Assembly (NCBI RefSeq): GCF_000497125.1
Contig: NC_090598.1
Coordinates: 682,001-746,000, forward strand
Direction of reading: 5' to 3'
Source of the DNA: Spironucleus salmonicida
Taxonomy: Eukaryota
Length of the DNA stretch: 64,000 nt
The translations under genes and the position numbers were made by a program. The notes beneath the pieces were generated by a model. The model worked only from the letters and a program-made list of their open reading frames with translations. It searched no databases and was not told the DNA's origin. Shown one piece after another: positions 54,665 to 64,000 of the stretch (the stretch's first letter is position 1; every line of letters begins with the position of its first letter).

Positions 54665-56344
54665 TCAAACCATCCTAGTCAAAACCTTCTCTAATTCAGC
54701 CTACACGGCCCCAGGAACGCAGCCAGCGTAGCCCTCGATCAAATCGGCCAAAACATCAGCGAATTCTTCATCGGTTTCTGCGTCGAAAAGCGTCATAAAC
54801 TGAACGATTTTTGCGGGTTCGACAGCGCCGATTTCGCCAGAAACTGCCGTCAGACCCTTCAAAATGCTCAAAACGATATGGTTTGAGGGCTTTCCCTGCT
54901 TCATAATTTAAAGCGCAAAGTCGACCAAAAACGCGTAAAACACGGGAAATCGCTCCTTCAAAGCGATTTTTGCCTGCGAAATGTACGTTTTCGTCGCGCA
55001 GAGGCGCGCCAAGAGCGCTGACATGCCAGGGAGCTCTCCGAGGAGCCCCTCGACGCCGCTGAGGCTCTCCGCGAGCTGCAGCACCGCCAGCGCCTCAGGC
55101 TGAATCGCGAGATTCGGCCACTGCGCGAACGCGCGCGTTTCGGTGAAATACGTGAGCGCCACGTAGCAGTTTTCGAGGTTCTGGACGGCGCTGCTCATGC
55201 TCTAATTGATCAGTTGGGATGCAAAAAAATGCGCAACTTTGAGCAAAGGAAGGAGTGGAAAATCAAATTGAATATAGCTTTTATTTACTGGCGAGCTCAC
55301 TGCGACGACCTGCAGCATTTGCGCGATTGTGCTGTTGATCGGATTCGCCTGATTCAGATCGAGGAACCTGAAGATTTTCTGCATAAACGCGCCATTTTCA
55401 GCCAAAAAACTGCTAATTTGGACGCTTTCGGGGCTGATGGCCACAAACTTGATAATAATTTCGGAAACGATTTGAATTTGAATTTCCGTTTCCTCAAAAT
55501 TCTCAGCAGCGAATTTTACGAATTCCAGGCACGCGATATCCTTCGTTTGCGGTATCAGGCAGCCGTGCAGGACCATCAGAACGTTAAAATTGACGTTTTT
55601 CTGGTCAGAAAACTGCTTTTCAAGTACGGCGAAAATCAGATTTTTGAGCTAAATAGGAGCGAAAAATGGCGAAATTATGTCGTAAATCGACTGCTTCCCA
55701 ACGTCGTTTAAGTTGAAAATCAGCGAGTGAATCAGCCCCAAAATGCCACTGCAGACCTCAGAATTCTCCGTTTGCGCGAGAAACTGCGAAAAAATCAAAA
55801 GACCGTTCAAGTTTACAAACTTGATCTTGTACTCATCGAAAACGAGGAAAGTAGCCAAAATTTCCAAAATCGAGGGAGTGGAAAATCGAATTTGATTTGA
55901 ATTCTGAAAATGCTCAAAACTCTCTAAAAGCAAATTGACCAATTTTTCGATGCCAAAATCTGGCAAACTGAGCGATTTGAGCGAGCAAACGCGCGCAACG
56001 GACTGGAAAGTCGACGCGTAGAGCCGCTGCGCCTGCGGGGCCACCGTTTCGCAGCAGGCGAAGGCGATCGAACCCGCGAAAATCGGCTCCAGAAACTCGA
56101 ATTCCAGCGCCTTGCAGGCCTGCGAAACGAAGATGCAGAACGTCGTCTGAAGTTCCCGCTCCGGAAACTGCGAAAGGAGCGGAAATTCGAACAGTTTCTT
56201 CGCGAGTTTCGCGCCCCGCGAGCGCACGATTTCGTCGAAAAGCGCCTTGTCTTCCGGGGCAGCCGAAACTAGCAGGTCGCGGTAGGCCGAAAAGAGGGTC
56301 TCGTAGCTCGCGGCGTCGCTCAAAAATGCGTCTGTGAGGTCCAT
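54665..56344 (-). CDS. Helical ARM/HEAT-like hypothetical protein (559 aa)
   Basis: Four track ORFs in one frame joined by TAR; C-rich motif before ATG 56344. Confidence 0.8.
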
Positions 56345-56915
56345 TTGGAAGGGTGAAGTGGCTGGTCGAAAATTGGGGAATATCATTATTATATAAAAAT
56401 AGAGGTGGAGTGGTAAAAAATTGAAATAGGTGGAAGGGGAAGTGATATAATGAAAATTGTAGATTTGTGGGGGGTGATGTAGGGGTAAAAGTTAGCGTGA
56501 GAATGTAATTAGGTATGATAAATTGAGTTTGGGGCAGCTAAATGGCTGGGTTTAAAGAAATTTATTCTTCAGCGGCTAGCTGCTTGAAGAATAGCGTATT
56601 AGCTCGAGAATTCAATAGTAAGAATAAGAGAATTTTAACTGTCGAAAATTTGGCGTGCGCTAGGGATAATATTGATAAATGCGGGTCTTTATAAAATTGA
56701 ATTACTTATATTAATCGTGGAAGTTTATTTACAGAAGAGTTCTGCATTTGCCATCATATGGTGTCTATGACCCGTACATTCGTCTAACGTCCAATTAAAT
56801 ATTTTTATATAACGAAAATAATATGATATAGAACACAAAATAATGTATATGTAGTATTTCACTTCATTACTAAAATGGATAAAGCTCCAATTATCATCTC
56901 TCTCAAAACTATTGT

Positions 56916-57479
56916 TCAAGCTAAGTTAGAGCGGTGTAAAATCAGATATTAAATATATTACACTGGCCACTTGCAGTCAACAGATATTATTAAATTTTCC
57001 ACACTGTAATAGTTATAATAAGCTCTTCCCACCAGCTCAGATTTCATATCTAAACCACTTAAGACGTAGTCAGGTTTATATATCAAATTTTCAATGCAGG
57101 CATAATTCTTCTTATTGCATTTTACCCCTTCTTCTTCATCTGGTTATGAGGCTCGGTGTTTGGCAACCACCACCTAACAACCAGGCAATTTCCAGCTAGC
57201 AGTTCCAAAATTTGTTGATGTTTTAGAATAATTTTAAAGAGTATGTGGCCTTAAAAATTTATAAGTACGTAGAGAAAGTTGTAAAATTCGTTAAATTAAT
57301 GTGCAACTATCATTTAAATCAGGATCTTATAAGCGTAATATAGAGCTAATTCGTTCCCCAAATGATTTTTACGGAGGTATTGTAAAGTTAAGCAAGGGGG
57401 CAGAGGCTATCCATATAGCTGGTAACGGGAAGGTTCTTGACGAGGGGAAGACATGTGTGGTTTGGTACGTGTAAATCAT
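56916..57479 (-). CDS. Possible hypothetical protein (187 aa)
   Basis: TGA-free code-6 ORF only. Confidence 0.3.
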
Positions 57480-57582
57480 CCGGGTTGATTTCGATAATAT
57501 GATACAAAGCGTTGGTGAATGTCTAGACGCGGTGTTTGATAGCTGGGGAGAGTGAGGGTCTTGAGTGTAATAAGGAAAAGCT

Positions 57583-57948
57583 TCACTTAAGCATGAACAT
57601 CTTGAATCCTACGATACAGGCGACCACCCAGCCTACCACGAGGTATGAGCTTAACTACAGCACGATACCTGCAAGTACCACGTCACAACGGTCCAGTCTA
57701 TCGGCACCATAGCAGCACACACAGCATAGTAACCCCGCACCAGGAACGATAGCAGTAGAGCATCCGACCAACTTCTGGCAGCGCTCGTACCTGGGGGCAG
57801 CGCAGCGGCAGAATATGTCTCTGACCGTGAGCAGCTTGTTGCCGTCCACCAGCTGCACAGGGGCAGTAGCTGGCGAGGCACCGTACCCGCGCTCGGCAAC
57901 CATGTCCGAGCCGAGGGGGAGCTCCTGGATGAGAGGTGCATCCGTCAT
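57583..57948 (-). CDS. Spec3/Stum-like Cys-rich small membrane protein (121 aa), intact
   Basis: AIVPGAGLLCCVCC...AGIVLQLSSYLVVGWVVACIVG fits the PGxG...QL...GW...G pattern; CCGCTCC and AGTGA flanks. Confidence 0.75.
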
Positions 57949-58043
57949 TTCTTAGGAGCGGGAGAGAAAGTTTCGGTGGCCTATGTATAGTTTACTGGCG
58001 CCTCTTTTTATCCGGGAGGCGGGTATTTGCTGCAGATATCAAT
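57765..58043. repeat. Segment A source
   Basis: Reverse complement of 52482-52760. Confidence 0.95.
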
Positions 58044-58688
58044 CGTAATATAAAAATAATATTTCCTATTATTATTTAATTTAATTATTACATACATTAT
58101 ATTTCACAAAAATCTTGAATATGTAAAAAATATAGTGTAAAATTAAAATATAAGCGTATTTATTAGTTTTTAATAATAAAACTGTAGAAATCAGATAGTT
58201 AAAAGAATGTAACTTTATAAAGTTCATACTTGACTTAAATATGTAATGATATGATAAAAAATTAGTTTTTGCTCGATTTTATAATAAACGACGAGCTAAA
58301 TCATTTCACAACGAAATTTTGCTTAAAGTTTAGCTTAGTCTACTTTAAAGCAAATAATTCTCTTTATATAGTTTGTAGTTAGTAATAATCAAATAGAAAT
58401 TATTATTTAAGCTATAAATTTCAATTGGACAAATAGTTTGTAAATTATTTTTAATTTTCCAGCTCTCTGTTCTCTTAATTAGTGAAGCCGATTAAAATCA
58501 AGAATCAGCTTATATGCTAATAATATATTTCATACTCCGTGGTTTTAACACCACATTTAACTATTTTCAACACTTTATACATTTAATACTTATTTTCCGA
58601 TACCACTTAGTACTAAAAACATGTTCATTTCATGACATTTTTATATGCGTGGGGAATTATATAAATCATAACCAACCGCTTTCATATA

Positions 58689-60275
58689 TCACTCATTACC
58701 AACAATTTTCTATTTCTATTTTCGACTGTACGCCGCAAGGCTCGTCGTCCAGAGCACCATTACAACAACTCCAAGTACCAACAGTACCCATCCCTCCCAA
58801 AACACCCCATATTCCACCAAAACATCAATACTCTGAACGTGTAGCTCGCTCCCCAGCACATAAAGGACACCAAAGAACGGTGTAAAGCTGACCTGGTTGA
58901 TAGTGAACTCTTCGGCAGAGCTGACCCGGAAACAGTAAATATTATTAGTAGATGGGAAGACAAAGTTGTCTGCGGCCTCGAAATCGAGCAGCCTGTCTGC
59001 AAAGTGCTCTAGATTAACCGCCAGCTTAAGTTCGATGCGCGCAAATGCGCGACCTGTCAGAATGCGTGTTTTAACTTCTACACACAGCTGCTTCTGCACC
59101 AAGACCAACACAACTTGCCCACCGGGGAAGGTTTAAGCTCTGAAAATATAGGATTTCAAGTAGGCACCATCTTCGCTCCATGCCTTGTATAGGATGTTCA
59201 GGGAAGCATTATGCGCCAAAGTTTAAATACGATATAGTGCTGCATTGCAGAGCGCCAGGGACCCAAACTGTGAGATTTCCCATGTCTCACATGTGATATA
59301 ATCGTCTATGTCAAACGGGGAATTCGGTAGGAACTGTAGCTAGAAAGTGTTGTTCCTTGAGTCCTGAATCACTATCCAGTACTCTGTTTTATAGTAATTT
59401 TGGAAGGCACAAGCGATGCCTGGTGTTTAGAAGACATGTATCACATTTTCAGAAAATGATAGTCCTGACTAGCTGACGCAGCTGCTGTCCGAGATCCTGG
59501 TATCGATTTTTATCTGAAAAACTAAGGTAAAAGGAACGTCTGTAAGGATAGTTTCAAGAATTCCATACGGGTTCTTGTAAATATTAGTTGAAACTATCTT
59601 CATGGGGAGATTGATTTCTACTTCAAAATCAATGAAGTTATCAGATGATATGCTGACACTCTGTTGACGGCAAGCTAAATTCTCCTCATTCGTGCCAGAT
59701 ATACAATTCTTCTCCTTAAACTTAAGATTTGAAAAATCAAACAAAGCTAAAGGCACTGTTTCTCGTTACAAAATTTCACCTTTTAAGAATACGACTTAGG
59801 TTATATCGCCGGTAGGTCTTATCACACAATTCGGATTGATTTTAACAAATGGTTAAATTTTTATATTGGCAGAAAATTAAATTTATGAATCTTGAATACA
59901 ATCGTTATAATTATAATATGTTTCCAACAATTATCCAACAGCACTACTCTAAGCTAAATTATCATCTAAAAAGGTTATTTAGTATGAAGCTATAATATAA
60001 ATCGTTGCATCTTCAGCAGAATCCCCACCCTGTGGCATTAACAATATATTCGCAGGAGAAAATGCATCGTAAAATTCAAAATTTGATCGAAACAATACTT
60101 TACCTATTTAAACTTCATATATAGCAGTTTTGTTTGTCTGGATCTGACATGCTTTCAACTCACTAGCTTTGAGGTTGATCTTTGGAATAGTTTAAAGCGT
60201 GATCAAGTTTGTGATTGGGTTTATAATAACTTTTGATGAATCCATTTAACAGGTGAAACACAATATAATCAACAT
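58689..60275 (-). CDS. 528-aa membrane/surface protein, paralogue 3
   Basis: MLIILCFTCQMDSSKVIINP...FWEGWVLLVLGVVVMVLW; ends gAGTGA. Confidence 0.88.
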
Positions 60276-61328
60276 TTTTTAATCAAAAGATTGCGTGTCG
60301 TTATGTAATTTTATATTATTGAGTTGTTTAAACATTAAGTTTTTAAAACATAAATATTAGAATTTAGTAGTTACTATTACGTGGAAAAAACAATCTAAAT
60401 TCATTGAAAATTATAGCAAAAGATGTAAAATATTGAGTTAAAGTGATTTTTCTGTATTTTTAATTCGCAATTTATATACTAGGAACTGAATTTTATTTTA
60501 TTTTAATAAATTCAAACTTTATTATGTAGTAAAACAATTTTTGCAGATAAAATTTAGATAATAACTAAGTTATTTTATGTAGGGATAATAAAACACAAAA
60601 TTAAAAAATAAAATTAAGTAGTATATTATTAATATAAAAAAGTATTATCAAAAGCAGAACTTAAATAGTTGGAAAATTATGTGTTATAGATGATAAAAAG
60701 TATATTAGTACACTATTTATTCTAACCTGTACTATACTAGCTCTACTAAGACAATATATGGAAAATATTATAACTTTGTGCCTATTAGTTCAAGGTTATC
60801 AACATCTAAGTAATACTTATATTAAGTCACATGAAATAAGTGTATACATATATAATAAAAATATTAAAATATTTTTCTCATAAAATATTGTTATCTTCCC
60901 AACCACCTTAATCCGTATTAGAGCACTATAATGACATGATGATTGGATTAGCACCTTAATATATTATTAAAGAGAAATATATAAATGAATTAAAGAATTA
61001 AATGTTTAAAAGTAACTCAAGCATAGTTACGAAAAAAATAAAGCTTTTACTTATTTATATAAAATAAGTAATTAGTCAACATATTACGTTATTGACTAAG
61101 GCAGAGTAGCTATTTAAATTATATCTTATGTGTAAAGTTATATTCTGCAATGTACTTTGTATTTTAAATAGATTTTTCGAGAGTTAGTAAAACAATTAAC
61201 TCATAAATAAATACTTGAAGACTCTGCCGGCCGGGGCGCACCCCCGCCGGGCGCTGTAGGTGCGTGAACCGCACGCGATGCACGCGAGCTCTGTATGCAT
61301 CTAAGGAGCGGAAAGGGAAGGGAAATTG

Positions 61329-61694
61329 TCACTTCTGGAGGTCCTGCTCCAGCTTGCCGTAGAGGCGCTCCATCACGCGGTTGAAGTTGGGCTGGCCGGT
61401 GCGGGTCTTGGCGTGGGACCGGAAGTACTCCTTGCGCTTGAGCCGGCGGCCCTCGTCCAGTGCGGCCTGCTGCTCCCGGCGCTGCGCGTCGCGGTCCTCG
61501 CGCTGCTGGAGCACGGCCTGTTCGCGCGTGCGCTTGGGCCTCCGCTCTGGGGCGGGCGGGAGCGCGGCCTGCAGCTCGGGGTGGCGCTGGGCGATGCCGG
61601 CGAGCATGTCGGGCTCCAGCAGGCCCTGCACGCGCTGGGCCGCGATCTTCTGGAGCACGCGCGCGTTCTTGCTCTTGAAGGAGAACTGGGGCAT
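61329..61694 (-). CDS. Fyv7/TAP26-type protein, copy 2
   Basis: Identical translation to 53527-53892. Confidence 0.72.
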   Translation of the reverse strand: MPQFSFKSKNARVLQKIAAQRVQGLLEPDMLAGIAQRHPELQAALPPAPERRPKRTREQAVLQQREDRDAQRREQQAALDEGRRLKRKEYFRSHAKTRTGQPNFNRVMERLYGKLEQDLQK

Positions 61695-61725
61695 TGCGGA
61701 GCGGGAATGGGAGTGAAAGGGAGCG

Positions 61726-62409
61726 TCACTTCGGGGGCGCCTGGAACGGCACCATCACGTAGTAGCACTGCGGCGGGTAGGCCGGGGCTGCGTACTGCGG
61801 CGGGTAGGCCAGGTAGGGCACCGTCTGGGGCATGGCCTGTTAATATGATGCAGGCCACGCGGCAGTCGTCGGGGGTGTCGCGGTCGCTTGCGGCGCCGCT
61901 GCCTCCCTCGGGGCCGGCTGGGCTTCTGTCCTGGCAGGGGCCTTCTGGGGGTCCGCTGCCTTGCGCTGGCCCGGGGGCTGCTCGGAGCTCCTCCTGGCGG
62001 GCGCGGGGGTCTTCTTGGCCGGAGGGCCGCTCTCGGCCACGGCCTCCTGGGCGGGGGCTGCTGCGGGGAGCGGCTCAGGCACCTTCCTGGCGGCCCTGCG
62101 CTTGGCTGCTCCAGCTGGCACTGGGGCGTCTATCGTGATCCTGAACTCCTCGGGCGCGGCCCTCTGGGGGACCGCGGGGGGCTGCTGTGCCTAAGGCTTC
62201 GGCTTCCCGGTGCCAGGGCGCTTGGGGGCACGCTGGTCCCTCGCCTCCATGTCCTTGAGCTTCGCCTCGAACTTGACGTCCTGCTGGCTCTTGAAGTTCT
62301 GCGTGTACGTGACGGGGGCGAAGGAGGTGGACACGAGGCCCCTGCCCTTGCTGGAGGCGCTGTGCCTGGCTGGCTTCGGGTCCGCAAACGAGATCACGAA
62401 GTCCTGCAT
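61726..62409 (-). CDS. Pro/Ala-rich hypothetical protein, copy 2
   Basis: Mirror of 52812-53495. Confidence 0.8.
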
Positions 62410-62927
62410 TGGAGGAGCGGAAATTGGGGAAGGGGCATTTAAGGAGTGAAATTATAATGCTGCTTGTAGTGCAAGTGCACAGAAAAGTACTTCGTGCGTT
62501 ATGATGCATCCTTGCACAAGCAACCGTGATTATAGAGAGCAGAAACGTATCCTAAGAAGTAAGTGTTGTAAAGTATATGTATTAATTAAGCAATCGACGG
62601 TAAGCAATTAATACAATAAATTAATGTTATAAAGTTGTAATAATACTAATTAATAATTATATTAAATTAGTGCTCATCTTGTATAGTAATTATCATTCAT
62701 AAGTTGAAGTTATTATACAGATATCAACTATCTTAGTTCAATTTAATTTTTAGGACATCTATTAATTATATTAATAATATCCCTTCTATATCTAAAAAAA
62801 TATTAAATAACAAATATTGGTTTATAAAATATTAATTTAACGTTAGCCCTTGAAAGTAGTTTAGATTTTTTAGCAAATAGTGAATTATTATAAAATAACA
62901 TTATTAATTGACTATCCTTTTTAATAA

Positions 62928-63188
62928 ATGTCATTTCGATGGAAAAACGAAGAGCGTGATACTCTTTTAGAGCTTGTAGCGATGAAAAAAGATTGGAAGT
63001 CTATTGGATAAGCATTGAAAAAAACTACTAGGCAATGCTATGATTTTTATAGAAATTACTCAAAGAGCAAACAGCTTAATGATTTCAAGTATGTTTAGCT
63101 GTTCGAGAAGGTAAGTTAACAGGTTGCCTAGAAGTAGTACTAACTAGATGATAGCTACCTTTGTATAAATAGTATTTTTAACGAGTGA
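62928..63188 (+). CDS. Single Myb/SANT-domain protein (86 aa)
   Basis: RWKNEERDTLLELV....DWKSIGQALKKTTRQCYDFY; ends gAGTGA. Confidence 0.85.
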
Positions 63189-63523
63189 TGTTAAAATGTG
63201 TTGTGATACTTGAATGATTGTTTAAGTCTAAATCACAAAATAATTTAAAATCAACAATACAATGCATAATAACGTAATTATTAATTATTGTTATTACAAT
63301 TTACTATCCTTTAATTATCTCAAACAATATTAGATATTTAATTATATCCAATTAGTATCAATTACTGACATTTTTTCTGACGATTTAATACTACGATGCA
63401 AAGTATAAAAATTATCCAGCAATTATAATATTGATTTTACATTACACAATCTAATTATAGTTATTTATTCTAAAATATTATTATATAAATATAATCAATT
63501 ATTTTATTCGCGCTCTAATAAAA

Positions 63524-63712
63524 ATGTACTAACTAATTTTGAGTTTAGTTCTATTAGGATTTAGCGCTTTTGCCTGTTTTATTTACGTTCGAAATATTAT
63601 TGAGGTTAAAAAAGCTTGCTTAATAGAGTAAAAACTAAGGAAAATGCTACAAAATAGACACTAATCTTGCTAAGAAACTTTAAATTGTGAATTCATTATT
63701 GAGGGATGGTGA
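63524..63712 (+). CDS. Small single-TM protein (62 aa)
   Basis: MYQLILSLVLLGFSAFACFIYV...EGW-TGA. Confidence 0.5.
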
Positions 63713-64000
63713 AACAACTCGCAATTATATTTCAAGCCCGCAACACGCATTTTCACAACTTTATTATGACATTTGCGTTAGCATGCCTAGAAACTCTCTT
63801 AGTGATTTAGTCTTAATTTTACACTAACAAACTCAGTTTCTTATTTTATATCATATTTACTACTCAAAATACGTATTAACCAGTTTCTCACTTTTCATAA
63901 TTCTCTATTTATTCATCATAATTTTTCTAAAGCAGTTACTGACCATAAACTCCAACCTCATTATCCGATACTATTTTTAATTATCGCATTTTAAAGATAC

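Larger units (their letters stand above)
61205..62452. repeat. Segment B, second copy (probable source)
   Basis: Reverse complement of 52769-54016. Confidence 0.95.

Noticed and set aside
21801-62509. Numerous overlapping antisense and alternative-frame ORFs in GC-rich blocks
   Set aside because: Shadows of high-GC3 genes; no motifs or host start/stop signals.

Overview
Intron-poor, gene-dense eukaryotic DNA using the alternative nuclear code TAA/TAG=Gln, with TGA as the only stop (table 6). The supplied standard-code ORF track therefore fragments most genes, and I re-read them by hand. The code, anaerobic gene content (PFOR), AGTGA stop/poly(A) motif and C-rich pre-ATG motif point to a hexamitine diplomonad (Spironucleus-like); this is an inference. 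Recognisable genes: PFOR, USP-LRR deubiquitinase, mRNA cap N7-methyltransferase, MalY/PatB-type PLP lyase, TauE/SafE transporter, bacterial-type CoaBC, SmG, a kinase, a P4-ATPase, a CHY/RING E3, Fyv7/TAP26, Myb, and Spec3/Stum-like membrane proteins. Structure: (1) a 14.75-kb quasi-palindrome (6,890-bp arms 21147-28036 and 29008-35897, 971-bp spacer) whose left arm is the derived copy; (2) a composite insertion at 52482-54016 built from two non-adjacent downstream segments, inverted and in swapped order. Both rearrangements break Spec3/Stum-like genes. Other highlights: a candidate divergent profilin, three dispersed paralogues of exactly 528 aa, and a tail-anchored pseudo-GTPase. No rRNA, tRNA, CRISPR or transposase was recognised. 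All calls come from manual translation, without database searches.
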